The notes: a model not told the origin generated them from the sequence alone. A stretch of DNA of 64,000 nucleotides from Centroscyllium fabricii (GCA_051313645.2 JBNRSN020000024.1:46252001-46316000); one strand, 5' to 3'. Shown: positions 25,052 to 38,450, numbered from the stretch's first letter. Numbers and translations are program-made.

Positions 25052-26269
25052 GTACAGTCTTAAATTGCTAATGTAAAATGTGGTTCGGCAGTTCATAAAT
25101 GCCATTTAATAAGACCGAATATTCTAAAATTAGAAGTGATGCTTTCTTTCACATCAACTTTTTTTATATTCCCTGCATTTTATCTTGAAACAACTGAAAC
25201 TGGTAGAATGCCATTACAATGAATTGGCAGTGTCAACAGTATTGTAATGGGGAAACCAAACCAAGGCCAGGCACCTCCTCGGGGGAGAGACAATTAAAGA
25301 ATGTACCCCAGGTCAGACATGCCTTGTTGTGACTAGTGCAGTAGCAGCATTGGCACAGGTCAGGTCTTTCTCTTTCACCTCTTTTCCCCCCCCCACCCCA
25401 CCAATTCCTTCACCTGTGCTACAACTGATATTTACAATTTGGGGGGACAGGAACATTTCCAATGCAATTTATTTTATTTCGATTGCATTCAAGCCAATAA
25501 ATATTCGGTCAGTAGCTAATTAAAGTTTTATGTTGCAGACATGTTAGTAACTCTTGCATTTGCAGTGATCAAATCCATTCCTATTTAATGCACAAGTACT
25601 TGAGTTATTTCTGAGAAACTGTTGCTTTTATTTTCATAGCTCAATGTAATTTACCTGAAACTCTAAACTTTCATTTGAATAATTTCTTCTTCCCCTCCTG
25701 AAGACTGTTGGGGTATGGTTCCGTGAGCACTGGTCATTTTCTGCTATCGTGTCTGTGTAGCCATTATTCATTTGCGTGCCTTGATCAATATTGTCAAGTT
25801 GATTGCCGGAGGAACATTGCAACTGAGCTTGATCCTTCCTCATTTGACATCCACATGCACTTGGCTGGATAGTAATCGGAAACCTGGGACTCTCCTGTTC
25901 TGTAGCTCAGCCATTGGTTAAATTGAATGAGCCACTAATGGTGCAGAGTTTAAGATATATAGTGTGGAAGGGATGGTGGTCCCAGTTTGTCAATTCCTGA
26001 ATGTTTAAATTCCAGTAATTTGCTTTAAGTATACGAAGTATTTGAAGTAACAGCGCAGCTAATTTTGAGACGTTACAGGTATCAAATTTAACACAAGCTA
26101 GACAAATGGTAGCACTTTAATTAGTTTTTGGGCCAACTGCAATAGTATTGGCAAGCAGTTTTTTTTCCTGGATGTTAACTGAAAGATTCCTGCTTCAACT
26201 CTTGCCAGCCAAGTACTTGCAGCTTCATGACTTGGACATACCCCAAAGATATACAGGTCTGCTTTTCTA

Positions 26270-27200
26270 CAATAGCAAAATACTGCGGGTGCTGGAAATC
26301 CGAAATAACAACAGAAACCGCTGGAGAAACTCAGCAGGCCAGGCAGCATCGGTGGAGAGAGAAACAGAGTTGACGCTTCAGGTCGATGACCCTAGTCCAC
26401 TCCTCTACCACCCTCGGCAGCCCTTCCCCTTCGCCCGGCACCTTCCCGTGCAAGCGCAGGAGATGCAACACATGCCCTTATACCTCCACCCCCCCCCCCC
26501 CCCCCCTTTCCCACTGTCCAGGGCCCCCAACCACCCCTTCCAGGTGAAACAGCGATTTACGTGTACTTCCTGCAATCTAGTACACTGTGTTCGCTGCTCA
26601 CGATGTGGTCTCCTCTACATCGGGGAGCCCAAACGCAGATTGGGTGACCGTTTTGCGGAACACCTCTGTTAAGGGGGACACCGAGCTCCCGGTGGCCTGT
26701 CACTTTAATTCTCCACTCCACTCCCATTCAGACCTCACTGTCTGTGGCCTGTTGCATTGTTCCACTAAAGCTCAGCGTAAACTCGAGGAACAGCAACTCC
26801 TCTTTCGCTTAGGCACTCTACAGCCCTCTGGACTCAACAATTTTAGATCATAACCTCGGCCCTACCACACTGCTTTATATTTTCTCTTTTTTTCAATCCA
26901 CACTTTCGTCGGGGCTTTTTTCTTCTCTGCCCGAGCTGTTCACACCTGTCCAGAGCCATCCTGTGTTCCTTGAATTTCTCCTAATGTCTCTCAATCTCTC
27001 CCTGCCTTCTAGCCTGTCATTGATCTTTCCTTTGTTCTTTTAATCCCCAGCCCCTACGAGCTTTAAAATCTATCCCCCCTCCCGGTTTCTCCAGTTCTGA
27101 AGCAAGGTCATCGACCTGAAACATTAACTCTATTTCTCTCTCCACCGATGCTGCCTGGCCTGCTGAGTTTCTCCAGCGTTTTCTGTTGTTATTTCTGCTT
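26270..27200 (+). mobile_element. Penelope-like retroelement 3' fragment with GIY-YIG endonuclease remnant and inverted terminal repeats
   Basis: FTCTSCNLVHCVRCSRCGLLYIGEPKRRLGDRFAEHL...PVACHFNSPLH; inverted ~115-bp ends at 26270-26392 and ~27093-27200. Confidence 0.9.
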
Positions 27201-27558
27201 TTCTTAGTCTCCAACTTCAACTGAATGCACCTCAACCCCCCCCCCCCCCCCCACACACATAGTGAAATAAATGAGGAAACGCATATACACCAGAATTTCT
27301 TTCCAAAGCTTTTCACTGCAGAAAATGCAAGTGCAAATACTCTCTGGTCTTTGTAAGATTGTCCTAAAAGAGGAACCTGAAATACCGATAGGTTTTTAAA
27401 ATATATGTTTGAACTTCCACACAACGTTTGTTTGATATTGAAGCCTTCTATATCTGCAAGAGCTGGAAGGCTGGGTTTCTAAAATATGAAACATGTTGGC
27501 AATTGGAAGCATAGTTCAAGTTAGAGATTTTTTCAATGACTAAAATGATTTGGGTATA

Positions 27559-28159
27559 CAGGTTGAAGTTCGTTAATCCGGCACCCAAAAAACCGGCAGC
27601 TTCAGTCGTTCGGTACAGATTTACCCGACTGCCCGGCGCATGCGCAGACAATTCAAAATGGCCGCCGTCGGGGCTGGGCTTCCCTTTCACCTAACATATA
27701 CTCACTGGATCCCGGCTTAGTGACCATGCCGATGGTGAATCCCAGGCCCAGAAAATGAGCTGTTGCTGCCTTCTCAGAACGCGGTACAGCCAAATCTCTG
27801 CGCCCGGCTCCCCATCGCTGCCGGGTGCTGACGTCACTGCGTTCTGAAGCTGGCGTGCGGTGGCGTCACGTGAGCCGGGCTTGAGCCGAGCACTGGGCCT
27901 CAGGGCCCGCTGGAGCTGTGCAGCCCGCTCCCTGATCCACCATGGGCAGCAGAATAGAGTGTGCCCTGAGTTCCACCCGACCCAAGGGCCGAAAATTACC
28001 TTCCAGGTACCGGCGGCGCATACGCAGAGCATAACAAATTTTGCGGCAGCCATTTTGAATGCTCCGCGCATGCGCCGCCGAAGCTTCAATCATTCGGTGT
28101 TTTCAATAATTCGGCGCGGTGCTGGTCCCGGCCCTGCCGGATCAATGAACTTCAACCTG
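27559..28159. mobile_element. Tigger-like MITE, 601 bp
   Basis: TA|CAGGTTGAAGTTC...GAACTTCAACCTG|TA. Confidence 0.9.
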
Positions 28160-28337
28160 TACTACTACACTAAAGGGTGTATATCTGGTCTCTGCCCTCT
28201 TGTTTCTAACCAGTGAAGAAGCTATAAATAAACCATATTTTGGTGAAGTAGATGCATAAATCTTAACTTGAAATTTTGCTTTTATAGATTGACATTTTAT
28301 AGTTTATTTAAAAAAAAAAAAAAACTTTTTTCTGCAG

Positions 28338-28529
28338 ATGGCAATTGAAAAAGTGCAAGGTATTAGTCGACTGGAACAGCTCTGTGAGGAGCTCTCTGAA
28401 GAAGAGAGAGTTCGAGAGCTCAAACAAGAAAAGAAGCGTCAAAAACGGAAGAACAGACGTAAAAATAAATGTGCCTGTGAAATACCTACCCCGCTTCAAA
28501 CTCCAGGAGAAACTAAAGCCCAAGAGGAG
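28338..28529 (+). CDS. GGNBP2: GGNBP2 coding exon (MAIEKVQGISRLEQLCEE...KQEKKRQKRKNRRKNK...AQEE), basic NLS-like stretch
   Basis: ctgcag|ATG acceptor and GAG|gtcggt donor; 192 nt. Confidence 0.95.
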
Positions 28530-29199
28530 GTCGGTACAACATTGCTATTAACTTTCAAATTAAATTGATTAACAGTCCTTGTGCACATAAATTGGATTTC
28601 CCCTTCTGTGCCTTTTCTGTAGATGGGAGCCCACAATTACTGATTTGTACACTTAATTGTGAAGTAAGATTTAACCTGTCCATGGACCGAAGCCTATAAT
28701 CTTGAAGAAATGCTTATTTGAAATCATTAACTTCAGTTTTTTGCTCCAGTTATACAATTAATTGGCCAATGATGAGCAGACCTGCCTGCTTCCAGACAGA
28801 TCTCTTCCTTTTCATGACTGCTGAGGTGTTTCCTTTCCTCTTTTCCCTCTTTGCTTTGAGATATCTTGCCTCTGCTGTGCATCCTTTTTCTTTCCGAAAC
28901 TGGCAGTGGTCAAACTGATTCATGAACTGCATATATGGAATCATTAACCAGAATATGCCTCTTACTATGGTGGTGTACTGATTGTTAAGGGACATCAAAC
29001 ATATTCTTGCATACTAGTTTTGTATGCACGGTGTCCAACCTTTCGGGTCTCTGGATGATAATTGCTGGAAAATATTTTGTCGCACTTGCCTAATTGGGAC
29101 TGCCTGTTCACTAATGTCCAAGGACATGATGACTGGTGAATTGTATGTCACCAAGGCACTGAAAAGCATAGAATTGATTAGAAGTTACAACAAACAAAA

Positions 29200-31005
29200 G
29201 TAGAGCTTTTTACTCAACCAGTCCACGTTGGTGTTCATATTCCACACAAGCAGTGGTCCTAATCTGATGAGCATGCTCTGTACCCATATCACTATCCATT
29301 TCCTTCAAACGTCTGTCTAACCTATTCTTAAATGTTGACATGATTTCTGCTCCAAACACTAACTTTAGCAGTCTATTCCACAACCTCACCACTATAAAAG
29401 CTTCTCCATCCTAAATCTCTTGCACCTAATCTTTTATCCATGTGTTAACTCACTCACTGTGAGGAGGACCCACCCTAGCCTGGGGGGTCTGGGTTCTTAC
29501 TTTAGGAGACTAAACATGTTGGTCAGTTTGTCACTTTCTCAGTAATACACAAAGTCAGAGACTGTAAAATAATTAAAGTTTATTACCCAGTAATCCCAGT
29601 ACCGGTACTTCACTCTGAGAGACCCCTTGTGTTTGCACACAAGCCTAGCAACCCAGAAGTGCGCCCTCGCTCGCTCGGAGACTGCAATTATTTATACAAT
29701 ACATAAATGCAAAAGACCGTGCAAAAAAAATTAAATGTACATGCTCAGCGAATAATTCTGAAAAACGAAAACAACCAATGAAAAAAAATACAGTACAAAC
29801 CCAATTAAATGTCAACATCTTATGTTGACTCCTCCTTATCTTTGCAGCTGCAGTTTTGTTATGAGAACGAGAAAGAGAGAAGATCTCTATGTACAGACAG
29901 CCTGTCGCTATACTTTACCTCTTTGCTTCGAAACTTTTAACCCATGTCAAACTATAGTAAAGCAATCTAGAATTAGCCAAAGTTTATCACATGAACCTTG
30001 CTTTAGATCCCTAAACCACTGGAAACAGTTTGTTTCTATTTACCCTGTCCCATTTCTTCAGAATTTAAACATCTCTACCAAATCACCCCATCATCTCCTA
30101 TTCAATGAAAACAGCACCAGTTGTTTCAAGTTTGCTGTTGTATATTGTCATACCAGGCAGCATCCTAGAGAATTTGTGCTGTATGTACCCTTGATTGCCT
30201 TGGCATCTGCCCTACATTGTAGAGCCCAAAACTGCATTCAGTACTTCAATTGCGATCTTACTATGGTTTTACATAGATTCACTATTGCATCTTGCCTTTT
30301 ATATTCTGTAACTCTTGTAAATCCCAGTATTCCATTAGCTTTTGTATGGTCACAGCCGCATGAGGTGCAGCTTTTAAAGTCTTGTGAACCTGAATCCACC
30401 CCTCCAAATCCCTCTGCTCTTCCACAACACCCAGCTCAACTGTATCACCTCACACTTAATGATGTTTAATTCCATCTGCCAGTTTTTTTCACCCATTTCT
30501 TATCTCCTCACTATCTGCTTGCAGTTTCTTTTGGTTTTCAAATATTACTATGCCTCTTATTTTAGTATTGTCTACAAATTTGGACACCACTCCCTCTAAC
30601 CACCTATCCAAATCATTGATGTACACAATGAAGTCTTCCCAGAACAGAACCCTGTGGGGCACTGCTGCCCGCTTCCAGCCACTGAAAAACTGCCTTTAAC
30701 TGTGTCCTCCCTTCTAATCAGTTTTTCATTCCGTTTTCTACTTTCACCCTAATTTCATATTCCTATGTCTTCTCCAGTGGTCTGTGTGGTACCTTGTCAA
30801 AGACTTTTGAAAGTCCACGTGCACCACACCCACTGCATTTACTCCATTCACTGTATGCCACCTCCTTAAAACTCCGGTTGGTCAAGGACGACCTTCCTTT
30901 CTGAAATCCATGTTGGCCGCTTCTAATTTTTTTTCTTCACAGATGTTAAACTTACAGACCTGTAATTACCTGGAACAAGTCTCCTTTTTAGCTGCTCTCC
31001 AGTCC
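29200..31005 (-). mobile_element. Old degenerate CR1 LINE fragment interrupted by a solo LTR
   Basis: Reverse strand resembles the RT and C-terminus of the other CR1 copies, with many stops and indels. Confidence 0.75.
29458..29991 (-). mobile_element. Probable solo LTR
   Basis: TGTGA...TCACA termini; TATAAATA and then AATAAA on the minus strand; interrupts the CR1; no clear TSD. Confidence 0.55.
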
Positions 31006-31081
31006 TCTGGGAGATACTCAATGGAATCGTTTTCTAGGGCAATCTTTTTTTAATTGGATGCTATATATAATGTCATTCCAG

Positions 31082-31232
31082 ACAACATCTAAGACCGTAG
31101 AGCGTAGCTGTAAAGATTGTGGCAGCCTGGAAGATGCTAATGGTAGAGTTGAAGTAATTGTTACAAATGAAAGTACCTCATGCATGTGCCCTGGCAGTGA
31201 AAATCTACTTGGATCACCTAAAACAAAGAAAG
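31082..31232 (+). CDS. GGNBP2: GGNBP2 coding exon (TTSKTVERSCKDCGS...LLGSPKTKKG)
   Basis: ttccag|ACA acceptor and G|gtatg donor; 151 nt. Confidence 0.92.
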
Positions 31233-31469
31233 GTATGTACACCGTTGTTCCCAATGTTTGCAGAAGAATACCTTGGTGATTGAGGAGAAGCTTTATGGTG
31301 TAAAATCCACCAATGGTAGTAGATTCTGTCAGAGATGAGGGTGACTGACTTTACTAATGCCTTTTTAACAACTACTGACCCAGTGAGATCATGGCATATG
31401 TATGTTTCTGGGTGATTGCTGTGCTTGCTTGCTTTGGCCTTTGTTTAGAAATTGAAAAATAATTGAATT

Positions 31470-31820
31470 TGTACCGTACCTTTTATATCAATGTCCTACA
31501 GTACTCTAATTATGAATTCTTAAGTGTCATATAGGTCATTGCAGCAGATGATTTCTGCACCGATGAATCATTATGGTGGTCATTGGGGAAGAGTGTTGGT
31601 CAGGACACTGGGATAACTCCCTGCTCTTTCACTACTGCTGTACGATCTTTTAATGGCTATAGGATCTTTTAATGTCTATTGGAACAAACAGACAGGGTCT
31701 CTGTTTATTGCTCCATCTGATTGTGGATGCCAACTCTTGATGTAGCATGCCTTCAGCTCTGCCTAAAGTAGGCCTTTAACCTGCAGTCTCTGACTCAAAT
31801 TTAATTTACTACCAAGCTGA
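31470..31820 (-). mobile_element. Degenerate SacSINE1-like SINE
   Basis: Collinear similarity to 60415-60835. Confidence 0.55.
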
Positions 31821-32195
31821 CTGTTTGGACAGATGTGCACTAAGGCTGGTTGTAGGACTGGCAACAACTGAAGAGACCATACCGTAGGCTGTTGTTACAA
31901 ATCTAGCCGTGTCCCTCTGGAGCCAAAGCCATCAGATTCCAGACTGTCTTGTGTATTAATTAAAATAATGGTATATTTGTACCAAACTTGATGGACGAAG
32001 AAGATAACTGATGAAATAAACAAGTTTAAACTTCAAGCCACCATCACCAGCTCAGTAAATAGTGAAGATAATGAACAAACAGTTGTACCCGATGAATTAC
32101 TGCGATACAACCAACCAGGATTTAATATTTAAAGCGGTATTGTGGACCCAAGTTGCATTGAAGTTTCTCCCTGATATGTTTTTGTTTTCACTCAG

Positions 32196-32321
32196 GTTTA
32201 TCTCCACATTGTAATGGCAGTGACTGTGGTTACTCGTCAAGCATGGAGGGCAGCGAGACTGGTTCCCGAGAAGGCTCTGACGTAGCTTGTACTGAAGGTA
32301 TCTGCAATCATGATGAAACAG
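32196..32321 (+). CDS. GGNBP2: GGNBP2 coding exon (LSPHCNGSDCGYSSSMEGSETGSREGSDVACTEGICNHDET)
   Basis: actcag|GT acceptor and G|gttag donor; 126 nt; translated by hand. Confidence 0.96.
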
Positions 32322-32534
32322 GTTAGTGCTGTAACACAATTCTTGGGGAACATTTATGGAAACACATCTTATTGCCTTGACAATATCGTTTAAATGAATG
32401 GACAAGTCTGGGGCTGACATTTTAGAAATTAAACTTGAAAGATTTCTCTTTAGCTTTAAACTAGACTTGATTTCCTCCCCCCCCCCCCCCCCCCCCCAAA
32501 TTTCAAAGTTAGGCAGTGAAAATTACTTCAGGTA

Positions 32535-32818
32535 CAGATAGAACGTCCTGAATCCGGCAATCTCGGGATTGAGACCAAGCCGGTTTTTAGGTTTTTCTGG
32601 ACTTTGGAACGTGTTTTTGATGTCAAGTCCAGAAACGCCCGAGCCCAGGTTGCGATATTTTCGGACTTCGGACATCAGAAACATGTGCCGAGTCCAGAAA
32701 TGCCTGGGCCCAGGTTGCGCTTTTGGTAAGCCTCCCTCGGATTCCGGAACATTTTACGGCTTCTGGACCCCTGCCACCAATCGTCCTGGAACATTCCAGA
32801 TGTGTGACGCTCAACCTG
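32535..32818. mobile_element. Tigger-like MITE, different subfamily
   Basis: TA|CAGATAGAACGTC...GACGCTCAACCTG; many TCCGG motifs. Confidence 0.65.
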
Positions 32819-33056
32819 CAGTACCTGTGGTGTGCAGTTGCTATTGGGTTTTTAAAATTATGCTACCAATATTAATTTGAATAGAAATTTGTCCACCAGA
32901 ACTAAGGAGCCATGTTGAAGGTGCCGTAAAGGTATAATCTGCATCTTAGTGCTGCTTGCTTGCATCACCCAGCCCAATTATTTTTTTCTGTTAAGATTGG
33001 TAGAAATGCGTAAGTATATAAACATAAGTTAATGTTTTTGCACTTTTTTTTGTCAG

Positions 33057-33211
33057 GAGACGACACTTGTGTACATCACTGTGTGGAGGACAAAGAGGAG
33101 GATGGTGTGGACAGTTGTGTAGAATGCTGGGCCAATGCTGCCGAAGAGAACACAAAAGGCAAAAACAAGAAGAAAAAGAAGAAAGGAAAAGGTGTAAAAT
33201 GTGATGACGAT
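33057..33211 (+). CDS. GGNBP2: GGNBP2 coding exon (DDTCVHHCVEDKEE...KGKNKKKKKKGKGVKCDDD)
   Basis: tgtcag|GA acceptor and GAT|gtaag donor; 155 nt. Confidence 0.95.
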
Positions 33212-33740
33212 GTAAGTATTTTGGAGGTTTTGGGCAGCTCTAGGTGTGCTTGGAAAATATAACTAGCACCATTTTTAAATATTTAATTTTGGCCTCTCGT
33301 CCTTCCCCGTCAGAAGTGGGGACAGTTGCTACCAAGTTTCAGCACAATTAACTAAGGTGTTCTAGACGTAGCAACCTTTTGTGGTCTGTACTCTCGTCAC
33401 TTTCAGAGATATGTTTTTACACATAAATGAGCACAATCATTCCAGAATTATTTTCACCAAATTAGATAAGTTATTTCCTCTCTTGGTTTCTGGAACTTTC
33501 CTATCCTTGAAGGAACATTGAGAATGACTGCACCGCTTAAGCATGTTCAGTGTCCCAAGGTTTTGGTTGTCCTAGCATGAGGTGACTGGACATCTGTCTT
33601 TTAACTTCTGTGCATCCAGTGAAGTGCCTCTTTGTTAGAGGCTCCTTAAGTTTCTTATTTCAAACATAAAAGACCAACTAACGAGTTTTCAGTCAAAGGC
33701 TCTGAAATTTCTAATTTTTTCCATTTTTTTCCCCCTCTAG

Positions 33741-33983
33741 AGTGAAAATGCTGGAGACTGTAACATGAACCTAAGCAGACAAGCAAACTTGGGTAATGCT
33801 TTTCATACTGAGTTCCACCATGACAAAACCAAAGGTAGCTGTAACTCATTAGAGAAAGGTGGTCAGCAGCCAGCTTGGGTAGCACAGATTCTGTCAGAAA
33901 AGCATTTTTCACAATCTTCACAAATTCCACCACCCTGTCTGCCTGACTGGGGAAGAGGCACAAAGACCTTAAAGGAACTACTT
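33741..33983 (+). CDS. GGNBP2: GGNBP2 coding exon (SENAGDCNMNLS...GRGTKTLKELL)
   Basis: ctctag|AGT acceptor and CTT|gtaag donor; 243 nt. Confidence 0.92.
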
Positions 33984-35165
33984 GTAAGTATGAAAGTTTT
34001 AACTCACAATGTTTAAACACTGTTAAATTATTTTTTAATTTACTGGTGTGCAGTTAGATCTAGTAAAATAGATAGTAATTTCTTGTCAGTAACTCACTTT
34101 ATATTTCAGGAGAAAAATTAGAACTGTGCTTTAGCCATTGTTTCTTGACTTTGTAAACTTGCTACTGTAGATGGTTTTACATTGTGATTCTTCGACTCTT
34201 CTCCCAATCTACACTTTGTAAAACTGAGCTCTTTGCACTCGAGTACAAATTACATTATTTTACAATCCTACCACTGGAAAGTATTATCAACAGAACTGAA
34301 CAAATTGTTGTAGGAAATGTGGATAAATTCACTGGTGTTTTAAAAGTTGTTTGGGCAGGGAAAGCGAGCATATTTTCTAACTCCAAGATGAGAATGAAAA
34401 TTCTCCTGCTTAAAAAAACAAAATTGCCTAATTTAAAAAATAAATACACCAGAAACAATACAACTTATCAATTAAACTTGAAATTTGACTTCTTAAAAAA
34501 AAAAAAATTACAGTAAAATTAGTTTCAGTAGCAAATACTCAATGTAAGAATTGGGGGAAAATGTACATAATTCAGTATAACTTGCCTTTTTACAAAATCA
34601 CATTACTGATTTAAGATTATAGAATAATGCAATTTTCCCTTTCTTAATTGAGTATAACCTCAATGTGTAATCAATTAAAATAAGACAAGAACATGGCAGT
34701 TGCATTTGTTCCTATATACTCATCCAGCACATTCTTCAAAGCTCTCTCCAACAAAAATACTATAAAAGGCTTCAAAGCACCTGCCATATATATGTCTGCT
34801 GTACATTATAAATCATCAGTTGATACCACAGGGCAGCCTGCCGAGGTACTGTTTGGCTGTGACTATAAATCTGATTTTTTAATTGTGGGGTGGGAGGGAA
34901 AGAACTGTTGGCTCAATGAATAGCAGCAAGCCAAGTTCTGTTTTAGTTCACTAAGTTTCCATTAAACTTGGTATATTGGAAGGAGTTTTTCTTTGTGACT
35001 TAATCTACAATTCAAATTGGGAAAGAAATTAATGGCTTCCTGTGCAAAATTGCTGGAAGTTTTCACGAACTGGTATCCCATGAAATTAGAACAGTCTACC
35101 AGCTCTGTTGTGTGTGTGTGTATATAGAACCTTTTTTTTCCTCTTGGGATTTTGGAAATCCACAC

Positions 35166-36600
35166 TTTAATTGCCTATCCCAAGTTCCCCTGAAGGTGGT
35201 GGTGGGCATTCTCCTTTGAACATCTGCTGTCCTTGTGCTGATGCTGCTCCCATGTGTTGGGCAGGAAATGCCAGTGTTTTGACCCAGTGACTATTGAGGA
35301 ACGGCAGCCCATGTCCATCAGGATATTGTGACTTGAAAGGAAACTTGGTCGTAGCGTTCCCATGATATTGCTCCTTTTGTCCTTGTTGGTGCAATTGAAG
35401 TAAACTTGGTGAGGTGCTGCAGAGCAGCCTGTATATTGTACATAATGCAGCCACAGTGCACCAGCAGTGAAGGGGCTGGCTATTGTCCAGTGACCAGAGT
35501 GCTGATCAAGCAAACTGCTTTGTCCTGGGTGGTATGGAACTTGGGGAGTGTTATGTACAGGAAATTTTCGATTTACCGGCACCTAAATAACCAGAAATCT
35601 GTTAACCGGCAAAATTCAAGAGTAGGTTCAGGTATGTTTTACTTCATATTAGTAGCTGTTCCTGCATGTGTGGCTGTGTAACCGGGTTCCTGCACCTTTT
35701 GCTGAGCAACAGCGAAGCCTGAATTTGTGGCGGTGGTTCTTGTACCTGTTGCTGAGCAACAGGGAACCCTGGATTTGTTGCCGTGTACGGAGTTCTCGTA
35801 CTTTTTAAACTATGCCTCGCTGTAATCTGGACTTTTTGATAGGACCGGCGTGCCAGTTTGTCGGTGCCGGATCGAGCGTTTCCTGTATTCCATCACAATC
35901 CTGACTTGAAATTTTGAGGGGTCAAGAGGTAAACCACTCATCAGAGTCTAACCCTCTACCCCACTCATGTAGCCACATTGTTGGTATGGCTGCTCCAGTT
36001 AAACTTCTGGTCAGTTGTGATCCCCAGATTGTTGGTGAGGGCTTGGTGTAATTCGTGGTCGTTCGCCTGCCTCTTGGTGGATTTGGTCTTTACCTGGCAC
36101 GTGCGGTGAGAATGTTAGCTGCCACTTGTCAGCCCAAGCCTGGTTGTTACTCGGGTATTGCTACTCCATTTATCAGAGTTGTGAATGGATGGAGCTGAAT
36201 GCTGTAGAATAAGCAGTGAGCTCATTGATAAAGCAGCTGAGGAACTACTGCAGTTATATCTTGAGGGTGCATTGATTGGCTTCCAACAGCCCAGCCATGG
36301 CCGTCTTCCTTTTAAATCGGTTATAATTCCAGATACAGGATGGTTTTCCCTTTGTTCTGCTTCGGCTCCTTGGTGACCCGTTCTGTCAACTACTCTCTCA
36401 TCTGGCAGAACCAAAACTAAGCATTGGTGACCAGATCATTGTTGAGTAGGTGTCGCATTGTGATCCTGTTTAGTGAATAGAACATGAGATTTTCCACATG
36501 GTGAAGTAGATGCCAGTGTCATAACCACACTGGAAAGCGGGAGGGGCAGGGAAAGACGAGGCGAGGGGCATTGGCTAGTTTTGATGAATGAGTCTTCAGT
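35166..36600 (-). mobile_element. Degenerate non-LTR retrotransposon fragment, clade uncertain
   Basis: Decayed LINE-like 3' end on the minus strand, interrupted by a MITE. Confidence 0.5.
35558..35885. mobile_element. Tc1/mariner-type MITE
   Basis: TA|CAGGAAA..CGAT..CCGGCACC ... GGTGCCGGATCG..TTTCCTG|TA. Confidence 0.7.
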
Positions 36601-36731
36601 ATTTTAATGTATTCAAATCCATTTTACCTGACCATTACTTTTATCTTGTGTGTAGCAGTTCACCACTAGATGGAGCTAATTCTAATTTGGCCAAATTAAA
36701 TACTAACATGTGCTAACATTGAATTAAAATA

Positions 36732-37063
36732 CAGGTTGAATTTCGTTACTCCGGCACGGTCGGGGAATTTTTGAAAACTCAATGGTTGAAGCTTCGGCGA
36801 GCGCATGCGCAGATCATTCAAAATGGCCACCGCAAAATTTTGAATGGTCTGCGCATGCGCTCGCCGAAGCATCAATTGTTCGGGGAGGCCTGGGCAGGCG
36901 CAGCCAAGCGTGGCGGCCATATTGCGCATGCGCAGAACAGTCGGAGGCCCGGGCATGCGCAGCCATGCGCGGCGGCCATTTTGCGCAGGGCAGTCGCTGA
37001 AATCCGTGCCGGATGTCTGAAGCTGCTGGTTTTTCAGGTGCCGGATTAACGGTGCCCAACCTG
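36732..37063. mobile_element. Tigger-like MITE
   Basis: TA|CAGGTTG...CAACCTG|TA. Confidence 0.88.
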
Positions 37064-38134
37064 TACTAGATTCAGCGGCACTTGTCAGGACATTTTCTCA
37101 ATCATTGTCTCATGAGAAATGTTAACTTGTATTTACTCCCAAGCCTTGTGATTTGCAGGTTTAGGAATTTTTTTCCTGCACCTCTAATGCAAAATAGCTG
37201 CAAACTAATTTTATTTAGCTCCGCTACATGCTTTAAGCACTAGCAAATCTGTGGTATTTATAAAAAAAATTGGAACTGTATTAGGCCCAACGAGTGTGCC
37301 AATTAAGCATCAGCTTGGATAAGTGGTAACTCACTCATCTCGTCAGAGGATGGTGGGTTCAAATCCCACTGTAGAATTTGAGCACATAATCTAGGCTGGC
37401 AGTGCAGTACTAAAGAATTGCTGTGTTGTCACCGGTATTGTCTTCCAGTTGCTGCAATAAATCCCTGAAGTCCTGGAAGTTTCTATTAAGTCAATGCTTT
37501 TTCCTATACATCAACCCCACCTACCTGCCTTTTCACCATACCCCTCAATCCTTACTTGGAAACCACTACCACTTTCAAAAAAACCTCCCTGCTATTTTGG
37601 GGCATTACTAATATTGCTGGTTACTGTAGTTCCAGTCCTGAACTCGATTTATCAATTTAAAATTTTTCCAATCGGAATTTAAATCTTGCAGCTCAGCCAG
37701 CGAGGGCCACCCCAGACAGACCAGCAGTTCTCATGTTGAAAGTTGGAAAATTGAGAGATCTAGTTTTTTTCCATAATTCAGTTGCCACATTGAACATTGA
37801 GATGGATAATATGGGGGTGGAATATAAATAATGTTCAGATGAGTTAATTGAGCAGTTAAATTATTTTACTTCCATCGAGTGAAATCTCTAATTGCATCCT
37901 ATAAAGTATTCTCTAGTTATTAGTTGTTTTTAGTGTGGAGAATTTCTAACTTAAGTAAACATTGGTCAACAGGACCTTTTTTTTTGTTATACTTCTAAAC
38001 ACTGATTCAGTATGGAAAAAGGTTAGACTAGTACAGGGGAAAAATTATAATGGGAAGCTGCAAGGAATGAAGCCCAGCAGAGAAGTAAGGTGGAACTTTA
38101 TCACCTATAGATTTTAGACTTGTAGAACAAATTA

Positions 38135-38450
38135 CAGGTTGAACTTCGTTAATCTGGCACCCGAAAAACCGGCAACTTTGAACGTCCGGCAATAATTTCC
38201 CCGACTGCCCTGCGCATGCGCAAAATGGCCACCGCGATCGATGCTTCGGCGAATGATCTGCGCATGCGCCGCTGAATGGCGAGCGCATGCGCAGATCATT
38301 CACACTGGCTGCTGCGAGCCTCCCCGAGCCTGGCCGCTGCGAGCCTCCCCGAGCCTGGCCGCTGCGAGCCTCCCCGAGCCTGGCCGCTGCGAGCCTCCCC
38401 GAACGATCAGCACATGCGCTGACCACTCAAAATAGCCGCAATTGAAGCAG
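38135..38450. mobile_element. Tigger-like MITE, truncated, with an internal 25-bp tandem repeat
   Basis: TA|CAGGTTGAACTTCGTTAATC; about four copies of GCGAGCCTCCCCGAGCCTGGCCGCT. Confidence 0.8.

Noticed and set aside
29822-30469. 215-aa plus-strand ORF
   Set aside because: Antisense to a decayed CR1 and the LTR, with no recognisable domain.
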